31,226 bases of DNA from a candidate division WOR-3 bacterium (GCA_027050205.1 JALUCS010000101.1:1-31226), one strand, 5' to 3'; numbered from the stretch's first letter, positions 1-9,116 are shown. The notes: a model not told the origin generated them from the letters alone. Translations and numbers: made by a program.

Positions 1-113
1 GGGTGGGACTCTGCCAGAGGGGGGCCATCCTCAAGGCGAAGAAGGGGTGGGATTACCGGAAGATACTGAAGTTTTACTACCGGGGGACTACCGTCCGGAA
101 GGTGGGGCGTTGA
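1..113 (+). CDS. 3' end of SpoIID/LytB domain protein (partial)
   Basis: Frame from nt 3 reads VGLCQRGAILKAKKGWDYRKILKFYYRGTTVRKVGR* (TGA 111-113), matching the SpoIID/LytB C-terminal pattern G(V)GL(S/C)QxGA...G..Y..IL..YY.G. Not in the ORF track. Confidence 0.8.
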   Translation, partial: VGLCQRGAILKAKKGWDYRKILKFYYRGTTVRKVGR

Positions 114-957
114 GCCACTCGTCCCAGAAGACGAACCACCGGTCTGTCCAGCGATACACCGCCCTGTAGAGGTGGCCGGCGAACCAGTTGAGGGCGTCCT
201 CTACACTCCTTGGCAGGTAGGGGGGGCTTACCTCGGCGTAGTACTTACCACCCTCGCAGGTTCCCACCGGGACGCCGTAGGCGAAGACGACGGGGGTACC
301 CGTCTCCAGGGAAAGGCGGGCGAACCCGGTGGGTACGTTCCTGTAGCCGCATCCCAGTTTTATGATACGGCCCTTCTCCCGCGATACGTTGCGATCGGAG
401 ACGAGATAGACGAACTTCTTCGCCCTTATAGCCTCAACTAACTTCGGATAGGCCCCCCTCACCGGGACTATCTTTAGGCCGAACCTCTCCCTTATCTTCA
501 GAAACTCCCTGAACCACTCACCGGAGGGTACCTCCGCTACGGCTACCCCCTCAAAGCCGAGGACGCCCGCTATGTTGGCGAGGAACTCCGGGTTTCCGAG
601 GTGTCCCGTGACCACGATGAGGGCCTTTCCTCTGAACTCCTCGGCGTACTCTATGCCGTCTATCCTCAAAATCTTCCCCTCAACCCACTCCCTGCTGACA
701 TAAGGGATCATCAAGGCGTCGGCTACCGTAGCCCAGAAGTACCGAAACGTTTTCTCCCACCCGGTTTCGTCTCCTCTGATCATCCTGAAGTTCTTCTTTA
801 CCACCTCCCTCCTCCTACGGCTGAACCGCATCTGAAGGTCACCGATCGCCCCCGTAAGGGCGCACACCTTGCCGTACCCCAACCGGCCTGCGAGGTAGTT
901 GGCTACCCTGAAGGCCTCTATGGTCAGTTTCTTCTTGACGCCCTTCGGTATCATCAC
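88..957 (-). CDS. Lysophospholipid / lipid A lauroyl-type acyltransferase (LpxL/PatA family)
   Basis: VTGHLGNPE (H-x4-E) motif, LVSDR, PTGFARLSLETGTPVV, C-terminal WFVF..W. Confidence 0.8.
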   Translation of the reverse strand: MMIPKGVKKKLTIEAFRVANYLAGRLGYGKVCALTGAIGDLQMRFSRRRREVVKKNFRMIRGDETGWEKTFRYFWATVADALMIPYVSREWVEGKILRIDGIEYAEEFRGKALIVVTGHLGNPEFLANIAGVLGFEGVAVAEVPSGEWFREFLKIRERFGLKIVPVRGAYPKLVEAIRAKKFVYLVSDRNVSREKGRIIKLGCGYRNVPTGFARLSLETGTPVVFAYGVPVGTCEGGKYYAEVSPPYLPRSVEDALNWFAGHLYRAVYRWTDRWFVFWDEWLNAPPSGR

Positions 958-1775
958 AGACTCTGCCAGTACCTCTTCATAAGGAGGGCGTCCCCCTCTA
1001 TGTTGGGGCTTTCGGATACGATGGTCCCGTCCGCCCCGTACTCCTTCAAGACCCGGAGGATGTCCCGCCAGATGAGATCGGACTCCTCAAGGTTGAGGTG
1101 GTGCCTCTCCCCCTTCTTGCCGTACGCGATCCCGGAGATGTGGATGTGGAGCCTCTTCAGGGCCTCGTCCCCGAGGTACTCTCTGACTTTATCCAAGACG
1201 CGGGCGACGTCCTCCGGTTTCAGTAGAATGCCACCGCCCCGCGCGTGGAGGTGGGCGAAGTCTATGCAGGGTAGGACACCATCCACCTCCGCCGAAAGCT
1301 CCAGAACCTCCTCCAAGGAGCCGTACTGGGAGGGTTTGCCCGTCGTCTCCGGCCTAAGCACCACCTCTATACCCTCCTCCTTCAGCCGGGCAGTCAGGTC
1401 CTTGAGGATAGAAACGACCTGTCTGTGTACCTTCCTCGGTTCGTCCCCGAGATAGTAGGCTGGGTGGAAGACGATGTCCCTCGCCCCCGCCATCGCCCCA
1501 ATGCGGGCGGAGTCGTATATCCTCTTTATGGAAGCCTCCAACTTTTCCCTCTCCCTCGCGTAGAGGTTTATCCAGTAGGGGGCATGGACGGTGAGGGTAA
1601 GGCCCAACTCCTCGGCCAACTTACGCACCTTTTTGGCCTTCTCCTCCCTCATCCTGACCCCCCTGACGAACTCCAACTCCATACCGTCAAGGCCCAACTC
1701 CGCCACCCTCCTAAGCCCGGCCTCGGTTGAGGAGCCGGGGGAAGATAGGGGGACACCCGCCGTCAGGAACTTCAT
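954..1775 (-). CDS. nfo: Endonuclease IV-like TIM-barrel AP endonuclease (archaeal-type)
   Basis: MELEFVRGV, HAPYWINL, VFHPAYY, ETTGKPSQYG, CIDFAHLHAR, HIHISGI, GERHH, ESP. Start moved to ATG 1775 (MKFLTAGVP), 8 nt after a TAAACT box; the track's 2063 start is antisense to nuoJ. Confidence 0.85.
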   Translation of the reverse strand: MKFLTAGVPLSSPGSSTEAGLRRVAELGLDGMELEFVRGVRMREEKAKKVRKLAEELGLTLTVHAPYWINLYAREREKLEASIKRIYDSARIGAMAGARDIVFHPAYYLGDEPRKVHRQVVSILKDLTARLKEEGIEVVLRPETTGKPSQYGSLEEVLELSAEVDGVLPCIDFAHLHARGGGILLKPEDVARVLDKVREYLGDEALKRLHIHISGIAYGKKGERHHLNLEESDLIWRDILRVLKEYGADGTIVSESPNIEGDALLMKRYWQSL

Positions 1776-1783
1776 CGGAAGGT

Positions 1784-1827
1784 AGTTTAAGGTAGAGCGT
1801 TCTCCGGTCCCTTTTCTGCGGTAGAAT
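1784..1827. promoter_or_regulatory. Divergent -10 boxes for nfo and nuoJ
   Basis: TAAACT (minus, 1784-1789) and TAGAAT (plus, 1822-1827), each 8 nt from its ATG. Confidence 0.65.
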
Positions 1828-1835
1828 ACCCTTCC

Positions 1836-2330
1836 ATGACGGAAGTCCTTATGTGGTTTTTCGCCATCTTGGCCATAATAGGGGCCTTTACGGTGGTGCT
1901 TAACCCCAACCCCTTCTACGGCGCCCTCGGCCTCCTGTTGAACTTCCTCTCCCTGGCCGGGATCTACATGCTCCTGCAGTCCCCTATCCTCTCTCTCCTG
2001 CAGGTCCTGGTGTATGCTGGAGGTATAATCGTCTTCTTCCTGTTCGTCATCCTCCTGCTGCACCTACGCAAGCCCTTGAACGACCGCGACGCCTCCCTCA
2101 AGGGAGCCATAGCTATGGTCCTCGTCGTCCTCTTCGCCATCGTCGGCGTGGTAGCCCTCTTCGTCTATCCCCTCAACGATTTCTCTCTCTACTACGTAAC
2201 GGCGAGGGACCTCGGCAACTTCATGCTCACGGACGGCCTCTTCGCCTTTGAGCTATCCTCCTTCCTCCTACTCGTGGGCGTCGTCGCGGCTATAAACATA
2301 GTGAAGCGCTACAAGGAGGGTAAGCGATGA
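1836..2330 (+). CDS. nuoJ: NADH-quinone oxidoreductase subunit J
   Basis: Hydrophobic 164 aa; LQVLVYAGGIIVFFLFVILLL and FELSSFLLLVGVVAAI motifs. Confidence 0.92.
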   Translation: MTEVLMWFFAILAIIGAFTVVLNPNPFYGALGLLLNFLSLAGIYMLLQSPILSLLQVLVYAGGIIVFFLFVILLLHLRKPLNDRDASLKGAIAMVLVVLFAIVGVVALFVYPLNDFSLYYVTARDLGNFMLTDGLFAFELSSFLLLVGVVAAINIVKRYKEGKR

Positions 2331-2632
2331 CACCGGTCTTCGTACTCTCCCTGGCCTTCATTCTTTTCTCAATAGGCCTCCTTGGGGTTCTCTTTAGGAA
2401 GAACTTCATCGTTATACTGATGAGCCTTGAGCTTATGCTCAACTCCGCCAACCTCGCCATAGTGGGGGCCTCCGAGATGTTCGGCGGCAAGGGGGTTCAG
2501 GGACACTTCCTCGTCCTGATGATCCTCATCATAGCCGCCGTTGAGGTGGCCATAGGTTTGGCCATAGCCATACACATGGCTCGCGTCGCCGGTACGGTTG
2601 AGGTGGATTCCCTGTCGGAGCTACCCAAGTAA
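2327..2632 (+). CDS. nuoK: NADH-quinone oxidoreductase subunit K
   Basis: LMSLELMLNSANL and AAVEVAIGLAI with both conserved Glu; ATGA overlap with nuoJ. Confidence 0.93.
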   Translation: MTPVFVLSLAFILFSIGLLGVLFRKNFIVILMSLELMLNSANLAIVGASEMFGGKGVQGHFLVLMILIIAAVEVAIGLAIAIHMARVAGTVEVDSLSELPK

Positions 2633-3964
2633 TTGAGAGGTTTATCGCCGGCGGCCGCCCTCTTTCTGGGCTACATCGCCATATCCGTCGTAGGGGGGTT
2701 TGTCCTCTACCTTCCCCCTATGCACAACGGGGGGATTTCCCTCCTGGACGCCCTCTTTACGGCCACTTCCGCCGTGTGCGTTACGGGTCTCATCGTGGTG
2801 GACACGGCTAAGGCATGGACGGTGTGGGGGAAAGTCGCCCTCGCCCTCCTCATCCAGATCGGGGGTCTGGGGTACATGACCCTGGGCGCCCTCCTCTTCG
2901 CCGCCATAGGTTCCAAGGGTTCCCTTCGGGCCAGGAGGATGCTGGCGATGAGTCTCGGCGCCCCCACCCTCTCTGGCATACTGGAGATGGCGAAGAAGGT
3001 CGTCATAGCAGCCGTGGCTATAGAGGGGATCGCCGTCCTCCCCCTATGGTTGGCCTTCTCCGGGAGGCATGGTGTGTGGGGTGGCCTCGGACACGCCCTC
3101 TTCCACAGCGTAAGCGCCCTCAACAACGCCGGATTCTCCACCTTCTCCAACAGCCTGATGGACTACGCCACCTCACCTATCGTCAACCTCGTTATTATGG
3201 CCCTTATAGTCGTCGGAGGTATAGGTTTCAAGGTGTGGAGAGACATCTACCACCGCTTTAAGGGAGACCTTAGGAGGTTTGACCTTCACGATAGGCTGGT
3301 ATTCACCTCAACCGCCCTCCTCATAGGCGGGGCTTTCCTCCTCTTCCTCCTGTTTGAGCCTTCCATAGGCCCTGGGATAGGGAAGGGGTGGCAGGCCCTC
3401 TTCGCCGCCATCACACCGAGGACGGCCGGCTTCAACACCGTGGACTACGCCCAGCTATCCCCCTTCTCCAAGCTCCTGACGGTGGGGTTGATGTTCGTAG
3501 GAGGAAGCCCCGGAGGTACGGCCGGAGGCATAAAGACCGTGACCATCACCGTCATATTCCTATGGCTCCTGAACACCCTTCAGGGTAGGGAGAACGTCTT
3601 CGTCCTCCGCCGTACGCTCCCCCAGGAGGTGGTCGTAAAGGCCTTTCAGACCTTCATCCTGGCCATAGCCGCCCTGTGGCTCTGGACCCTAATCCTATCC
3701 GTAAGTGAGCGGAGCGTGGTTGAGGGGGCGGGGTTTCTCAACTTCTTCTTTGAGATTGTCTCCGCCTTCGGGACCGTGGGCCTGTCTACGGGGAGCCTTA
3801 CCAAGGCCAACGTGAGCCTCGTCGCCGATTTCACGGTCTTCGGTAAAATACTCGTTATGCTGGCTATGATAATAGGGAGGGCCGGCTACCTCGTCTTCGC
3901 CGCCTCCCTGATAAGGACGTCACCATCGCCCTTCAAGTACGCCGAAGAGGAGGTGCTTGTCTGA
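2633..3964 (+). CDS. ktrB: Trk/Ktr potassium uptake membrane subunit (KtrB/TrkH)
   Basis: Four pore motifs: SAVCVTGL, SALNNAGFS, TPRTAGFNT, SAFGTVGLSTG; also GGSPGGTAGGIK. TTG start abuts the nuoK stop. Confidence 0.92.
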   Translation: MRGLSPAAALFLGYIAISVVGGFVLYLPPMHNGGISLLDALFTATSAVCVTGLIVVDTAKAWTVWGKVALALLIQIGGLGYMTLGALLFAAIGSKGSLRARRMLAMSLGAPTLSGILEMAKKVVIAAVAIEGIAVLPLWLAFSGRHGVWGGLGHALFHSVSALNNAGFSTFSNSLMDYATSPIVNLVIMALIVVGGIGFKVWRDIYHRFKGDLRRFDLHDRLVFTSTALLIGGAFLLFLLFEPSIGPGIGKGWQALFAAITPRTAGFNTVDYAQLSPFSKLLTVGLMFVGGSPGGTAGGIKTVTITVIFLWLLNTLQGRENVFVLRRTLPQEVVVKAFQTFILAIAALWLWTLILSVSERSVVEGAGFLNFFFEIVSAFGTVGLSTGSLTKANVSLVADFTVFGKILVMLAMIIGRAGYLVFAASLIRTSPSPFKYAEEEVLV

Positions 3965-4653
3965 TGCAGGTAGCGGTCATAGGTCTCGGTAGGTTCGGCA
4001 GCGCCCTCGCCGAAACCCTCATAGAGAGGGACCACGAGGTGATCGTAATAGACAAGAACGAGAAGCTGGTCCAAAGGTTCGTCGGAAAGACTGATACGGC
4101 CATAGTGGCCGACGCCACGGACGACACCGTCCTCCGGACCTTGGGCCTACCGGATATGGACGCCGTAGTAGTGGCGATAGGGGACGACGTAGAGGCGAGC
4201 GTTCTGGTGTGCATAACCCTTATGGATCTGGGGGTCAAAAAAATAATAGCCAAGGCCGAGGACGAGAGGCACGCCCGCATATTGAGCCGTATAGGTGTTC
4301 AGAAGGTCGTACAGCCGGAGAAGGAGTCCGCCCGCCACGTAGCGGATATGATCTCCTACCCCACCATAACCGAGCGGTTCAATATAAGCGATAGGCACGC
4401 CATAGTTGAGATAAAGGCCCCCAAGAGCTTCGTCGGTAAGAGGATAAGGGACCTGGACCTCCGCCGGAGGTACAACGTCCTGATCATAGGGATACGCAGG
4501 AAGGAGGCCGTATTTGACAAAAGGGCGGATATAAAGGACCTAAATGAGGTCTTCCTCGCACCACCGGACCCCGACGGAGAGATTGAGGAGGGGGATACCC
4601 TCGTTCTCCTCGCCCCCAACGAGGCCATAGACGAGATAGCCCGCTGGGAATGA
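3964..4653 (+). CDS. ktrA: Trk/Ktr NAD-binding regulatory subunit (KtrA/TrkA)
   Basis: VIGLGRFG Rossmann motif (RCK_N) followed by an RCK_C domain; overlaps the ktrB stop. Confidence 0.92.
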   Translation: MQVAVIGLGRFGSALAETLIERDHEVIVIDKNEKLVQRFVGKTDTAIVADATDDTVLRTLGLPDMDAVVVAIGDDVEASVLVCITLMDLGVKKIIAKAEDERHARILSRIGVQKVVQPEKESARHVADMISYPTITERFNISDRHAIVEIKAPKSFVGKRIRDLDLRRRYNVLIIGIRRKEAVFDKRADIKDLNEVFLAPPDPDGEIEEGDTLVLLAPNEAIDEIARWE

Positions 4654-5354
4654 AGTACGCCCTCACCCTCCTCCTCTCCCTCCTCATCTCCGCCCTGATG
4701 TCCTCCTTTGAGATGGTGTACGTCCGTAAGGCCCCCTTCTTCAACGCCGGCAGGTTGGACGACCTCCTCCACGACCGCACGGGAGTCCTTGCGACCGTCC
4801 TCTTCTGGAACACCGTCGCCCTAGTCTTCGGTTCCATATCCCTGTACGGACTCCTCTCCGGCTATCCGGGGGCTATCGTGTGGGCCGGGGTACTGGCCGC
4901 CGTCCTCTTCGCCATCGTTGGGGACTTCCTCCCCAAACTCGCCGCCATCCTTTACCTTGAGAAGGTCTTCCGTATAGACCTCTACCCCTTCGTCCTCTTC
5001 TACTACCTCTCCCAGGCCCTCCTAATAACGGCCTTAGCGAGGAGGATACTGCAGTCAAGGTACACGAGGGAGGAGGTGGTGGATATGATAATGGCCTACC
5101 TAAGGGGAAAGGTGAGCGAGGAGGACCTGCGGTTCGCAAGCCGTACGATAGGCTCAATATACGAGCCGGCCTCCAAGTACGCCGTCAAGGGTGACGGGGG
5201 GTGCAGGTACGTTGAGGGTGAGCCTACCGTCTTGGACGTCCTAAGGATGATGAGAGAGGGAAAATGCACCCGCGTTCGCCTCAAGGAAGGGGTGTTTGAC
5301 CTACACGGATACCTCAAGGTCCTCGTACGGGAGAGCCTTGCGGAGGTAGAATAG
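4650..5354 (+). CDS. CNNM/DUF21 transmembrane domain protein, short and degenerate
   Basis: LISALMSSFEM, LATVLFWN, IVGDFLPKLAA resemble DUF21 (S..E, L.T.L.GN, GE..PK); C-terminus is at most a CBS remnant. Confidence 0.65.
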   Translation: MKYALTLLLSLLISALMSSFEMVYVRKAPFFNAGRLDDLLHDRTGVLATVLFWNTVALVFGSISLYGLLSGYPGAIVWAGVLAAVLFAIVGDFLPKLAAILYLEKVFRIDLYPFVLFYYLSQALLITALARRILQSRYTREEVVDMIMAYLRGKVSEEDLRFASRTIGSIYEPASKYAVKGDGGCRYVEGEPTVLDVLRMMREGKCTRVRLKEGVFDLHGYLKVLVRESLAEVE

Positions 5355-5358
5355 GGCG

Positions 5359-6657
5359 GTGTTCGTCTGTTCCGTCTGCGGGTACAGGAGCATAAAGTAC
5401 CTCGGCCGATGTCCCAACTGCGGTGAGTGGGGTACCTTGGTGGAGGAGAGGGAGGTCAAGGGAAAGGAAAAGGCCACCGTCCCCGTCCTCAAGTTGGGGG
5501 ACGTAAGGGAGGGAGCCTTCTCGCGGCTACCTACGGGCATAGAGGGTTTGGACAGGGTCCTCGGCGGGGGAATAGTCTCCGGGAGCGTCATCCTCCTGGC
5601 CGGAAGTCCGGGGGTCGGCAAGTCTACCCTCCTCCTCCAGGTGGCGGGGAACCTCACCGAGAGGGGTAAGAGGGTACTCCTCCTTTCGGCGGAGGAGTCG
5701 GCCGCCCAGGTGAAGGTCAGGGCGAGCCGGATGGGGATTCCGGGGGAGGTTATGGTGGCCGAGGGGGAGAACCTGGACGCCCTCCTGAACTCCGTACCGG
5801 AGGGGCTTGACCTAATAATCTTGGACTCCATACAGGCCGTCTATACCGACGCCCTCAACTCCCCCGCCGGCTCAATCTCGCAGGTTAGGTTCTGCGCCGA
5901 CAGGCTCTTCCGCTTCGCCAAGGGTAGGGACGTGGCCGTAGTCATGGCCGGACACGTGACCAAGAGCGGGAGCGTAGCCGGCCCGAAGGCCTTGGAACAT
6001 ATAGTGGATGTCGTCCTCTACCTTGAGGGGGAGAGGGGTTCCCCCTTGAGACTCCTTCGTGCCCACAAGAACCGCTTCGGCCCAACGGACGAGGTGGCCT
6101 TCTTCCAGATGACGGACAGAGGCTTGGAGGCCATAGGGGACCCTTCCCTCTTCTTCGCCTCCCCCGGAAAGGCCTCCCGCGTCGGGGTATCCTACAGCGT
6201 AATAGCCCGCGGGAGCGTCCGGCTCGTGGTTGAGCTCCAGTCCCTCGTGCATTACTCCTACTACCCCGTCCCCGTCCGCTACAGCGTTGGCTACGACCCC
6301 AAACGCCTCGCCATCGCCCTCGCCCTGATAGAGAAGAAGTTGAACTTCAAGCTGGGGAAGAGGGACGTCTACCTCAACGTCAGCGGCGGCCTGAAGATAG
6401 ACGAGCCTTACGCCGATATGGCCATAATCGCCTCCCTCCTCTCCTCCCTCCGGAACTTCCTCTTGGACAACGCCGGGGTCTTCATCGGTGAGGTCTCCCT
6501 ATCCGGTGAGTTCAGGTCCCCTCCGGACCTCCCCCTCCGGGTTGTGGAGGCCCGCAGGTTGGGGTTCAAGAGGCTGTACGCCCCAACCGAAAAGGGGTTT
6601 GAGGGAATGGAGACGGTACCCGTCCGGACCGTAGAGGATCTAGCGGGCCTCTTCTAA
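5359..6657 (+). CDS. radA: DNA repair protein RadA/Sms
   Basis: CxxC...CPxC zinc finger, GSPGVGKSTLLLQ, DSIQ, GHVTKSG.VAGP..LEH.VD, KNRFG; GTG start. Confidence 0.96.
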   Translation: MFVCSVCGYRSIKYLGRCPNCGEWGTLVEEREVKGKEKATVPVLKLGDVREGAFSRLPTGIEGLDRVLGGGIVSGSVILLAGSPGVGKSTLLLQVAGNLTERGKRVLLLSAEESAAQVKVRASRMGIPGEVMVAEGENLDALLNSVPEGLDLIILDSIQAVYTDALNSPAGSISQVRFCADRLFRFAKGRDVAVVMAGHVTKSGSVAGPKALEHIVDVVLYLEGERGSPLRLLRAHKNRFGPTDEVAFFQMTDRGLEAIGDPSLFFASPGKASRVGVSYSVIARGSVRLVVELQSLVHYSYYPVPVRYSVGYDPKRLAIALALIEKKLNFKLGKRDVYLNVSGGLKIDEPYADMAIIASLLSSLRNFLLDNAGVFIGEVSLSGEFRSPPDLPLRVVEARRLGFKRLYAPTEKGFEGMETVPVRTVEDLAGLF

Positions 6658-7235
6658 CGGGGTTCCGTATCTCCGAACAGGGATAGGACCTCTTCCACCC
6701 TCTTCAGGGCGCGTTCCACTTCCGGATACTCCCTGTTGGCCGTACGGACGAACCTACGGAGCTCCTCCGTCGGGTCGCGAGGCGGATACCTGTCTGCCAG
6801 CTTCTCCCCTTGGAGTTTCGGCCCTCCCTCCTTCAGGCCCTCCGGGTAGTACCAGTTCCTCAAGTTCCGGTAGCCCACCTTCAGGAGGGTATAACCGAGG
6901 CGACTCAACTCCGGCGGCACGCCGAGACGTAAGGCCCTTTCGGTTTCGGGGTCGGAGGAGTACTCCACGAATATCCGGGATAGGGGAGGGGACTTCTCAA
7001 AGATGAGGGCGTACAGCTCCCTCTCCTCCTCCACCGTATGGAACCAATCCTCTATCTCAAAGGCCTCCACCCAAGGGCGGTAGTACGAGTAGCCCCTAAA
7101 GACCTTCAGGTACATAACGAACCGACCGTTGAGGTGGAGGGTGAGGTTCCGCTCCCATACGTACCTACCGGGCAGGACCTCCACCGCCTTAAACCCCCTC
7201 CACCCCTTCACCAGTGCCTCTATCAGGCCCTCCAC
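6654..7235 (-). CDS. DUF1122 family protein
   Basis: F.G..YYRPWVE, FVEY..DPET..AL..GVPP..SRLG..L, RNWYYPEGLKEGGPKLQGEK. Start set at GTG 7235, 7 nt after TAGAAT. Confidence 0.8.
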   Translation of the reverse strand: MEGLIEALVKGWRGFKAVEVLPGRYVWERNLTLHLNGRFVMYLKVFRGYSYYRPWVEAFEIEDWFHTVEEERELYALIFEKSPPLSRIFVEYSSDPETERALRLGVPPELSRLGYTLLKVGYRNLRNWYYPEGLKEGGPKLQGEKLADRYPPRDPTEELRRFVRTANREYPEVERALKRVEEVLSLFGDTEPR

Positions 7236-7242
7236 ACCGGAT

Positions 7243-7294
7243 ATTCTACCCCCATCTGACCCCGTTTGCAATTTGGCTAACGGTATGTTAAAAT
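7243..7294. promoter_or_regulatory. Divergent -10 boxes for the DUF1122 gene and the T9SS cargo gene
   Basis: TAGAAT (minus, 7243-7248) and extended TGnTAAAAT (plus, 7286-7294). Confidence 0.65.
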
Positions 7295-7303
7295 ACCGGT
7301 GTC

Positions 7304-8245
7304 ATGCTGTGGTTGCTATCACAGATCACGCCCGGCGACAGCATAGTCCCACCTTCAGGCTGGTACGTCTGGATGACGTGGGACTACAACGGAGACGGTG
7401 TCCTTGACGCCGTTGAGCAGTCCTCCGATAGTATCAAGATACACGACGGTGCCTCGGCGGTCCTCCTCGGTGCCTACGGCCCCGACGGCACCTACAACCC
7501 TACGGACGCCTTCCCCCTCTCCGACGGACGCATAGCCGTCACCTACTCCGACCCCTCTGGGGGCGTCCTCTTCAAGATATACTCCGGCTTTACGACGGAG
7601 GAGTACGCCTCCCCCTCCCACCTCTACTCCACGGTGCAACCCGTAGGGGACGCCGACGGGGACGGGAAAGGGGACGTCGTAGTCTACGACAACTTGAACG
7701 ATTCAACCCACCTGTACAGCGGGGCTTCCCCCTACGGCCTCATCACCTCATACAGGGGGCAGCTGAAGCTCATAACACCGGGGAAGGTCCTGATCTTCAT
7801 CCGAAACTCCGGGAGCGCCTCCTTTGAGCTGTACAGCAACGCCACAGACCTCGTATATACCTCCTCCACCTACCCCTTCTCCACCGCGGCCGACGCCATG
7901 CCCTTCATGTACGACGGCGACGGTTATGCCGATATTCTCCTTGCGACCGTAGGGCCGTCCTGGACCTTGGACCTCTACGTCTTCTCAACCAACTTCCTTG
8001 GCATCTCCGAGAGGGAGAGGGAGACCCGCTCCTCACCACCGGCCGTAGTTAGGAATGGCACCTTGGAGTTGGACAGGAGCCTCCTGGGGGCGACCTTAGA
8101 GGTCATGGACGTCTCCGGCAGGGTCGTAGCCACCCTGAAGGCAAACAGGGAGAGGATTCCCTTAGACCTCCCCGCCGGCATATACTTCTACACGCTCCGC
8201 ACCGAGGAAGGGATGATTTCTGGAAAGATGGTCATCTTAAAGTAA
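7304..8245 (+). CDS. Secreted FG-GAP/DxDGDG-repeat protein with T9SS type A C-terminal sorting domain
   Basis: DYNGDG, DADGDG, YDGDG loops; C-terminal LEVMDVSGRVV...LPAGIYFYTL...KMVILK is typical of the Por secretion CTD. Confidence 0.8.
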   Translation: MLWLLSQITPGDSIVPPSGWYVWMTWDYNGDGVLDAVEQSSDSIKIHDGASAVLLGAYGPDGTYNPTDAFPLSDGRIAVTYSDPSGGVLFKIYSGFTTEEYASPSHLYSTVQPVGDADGDGKGDVVVYDNLNDSTHLYSGASPYGLITSYRGQLKLITPGKVLIFIRNSGSASFELYSNATDLVYTSSTYPFSTAADAMPFMYDGDGYADILLATVGPSWTLDLYVFSTNFLGISERERETRSSPPAVVRNGTLELDRSLLGATLEVMDVSGRVVATLKANRERIPLDLPAGIYFYTLRTEEGMISGKMVILK

Positions 8246-8256
8246 GGAGGTGAAAG

Positions 8257-9030
8257 ATGTTGCTTCTGATATCGCAGGTCTCTATGGTGGCCCATGGCAC
8301 CTATCCCAACGTCCTGTTGGGATACACTGGCGCGAACGAGGACCTGAACGGCGATGGTGTCAAGGATGCGGTGATATACTACGCGGACTCCAGCCGCTCC
8401 TACGCGGATTCCATCGTCGTCTACGACGGCGTCTCCAACACCCCCTTAACCGTGATAGACGGTACCCCCTCCCGCCATCCCGTTGAGCATCACCTCCTCT
8501 CGCCGGACAGGCTCCTGGTGATATACCTCTCCTCCTCCGGGTACGAGTACGAGATATACGACAACCTGACTCTGGACTACACCGGTGGCCCGACGTCTGC
8601 CAGCGTTGCGGCCTTCGGGGACATCACAGGGGACGGCGTAAGCGAGGTACTTCTCTACTACGGTGATTCCGTTGAGATATACGACGGCAACGACCCCACG
8701 GTTAAGTTGGTCACCTACCACAAACCCCCCTCCACCTTCATGTGGTCGGGCTTCCCCATAGGGAACGGCAAGGTCCTCATAACCTACTTCAACTCCACGG
8801 ATGCGCACTTTGAGGTCTACGAGAACTTCACCGACCTCGCCTATACCTCCCCCTCCCATACGTCCTACGGCTTCCCCTCCTCCGAGGTCGTTGATTACGA
8901 CGGCGATGGCCTCCTTGAGATCGTCTTCTCCACCCCATCCCCCGCGGCCCTGTACATCTACGAGACCTCCTATCCCGCCTCTCTACTCAAGGCGCCGGAA
9001 AAGGTAAGAGGGTGGAAGGAGGTCAGGTGA
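8257..9030 (+). CDS. Secreted FG-GAP/DxDGDG-repeat protein, paralog of 7304-8245, without a T9SS CTD
   Basis: DLNGDG, DITGDG, DYDGDG; colinear similarity to the upstream gene; strong RBS AAGGAGGTGA. Confidence 0.75.
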   Translation: MLLLISQVSMVAHGTYPNVLLGYTGANEDLNGDGVKDAVIYYADSSRSYADSIVVYDGVSNTPLTVIDGTPSRHPVEHHLLSPDRLLVIYLSSSGYEYEIYDNLTLDYTGGPTSASVAAFGDITGDGVSEVLLYYGDSVEIYDGNDPTVKLVTYHKPPSTFMWSGFPIGNGKVLITYFNSTDAHFEVYENFTDLAYTSPSHTSYGFPSSEVVDYDGDGLLEIVFSTPSPAALYIYETSYPASLLKAPEKVRGWKEVR

Positions 9031-9039
9031 GTCCAAAAA

Positions 9040-9059
9040 GGCGGGGCTACGGCCCCGCC
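9040..9059. terminator. GC-rich hairpin, probable intrinsic terminator or 3' stabiliser
   Basis: GGCGGGGC-TACG-GCCCCGCC: perfect 8-bp stem with a cUACGg loop. The A5 tract at 9035-9039 gives a U-tail only on the minus strand. Confidence 0.65.
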
Positions 9060-9102
9060 CCACCCATTACCGTCCTTGGCCCCATAAAGCGTCTTTCGGT
9101 CG

Positions 9103-9108
9103 TATAAT
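9103..9108 (+). promoter_or_regulatory. -10 box of the rpsF operon
   Basis: Perfect TATAAT 8 nt before the rpsF ATG; no Shine-Dalgarno. Confidence 0.7.
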
Positions 9109-9116
9109 TCCCGGCT

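Noticed and set aside
601..1455. Long antisense or alternate-frame ORFs in the track (e.g. 601-1455, 20843-21778, 30443-31021)
   Set aside because: They shadow well-supported genes, as expected from GC-rich codon bias.
9027..9107. 26-codon GTG ORF overlapping the 8257 gene stop
   Set aside because: SD spacing is only about 3 nt, it runs through the hairpin and into the rpsF -10 box, and there is no coding support.
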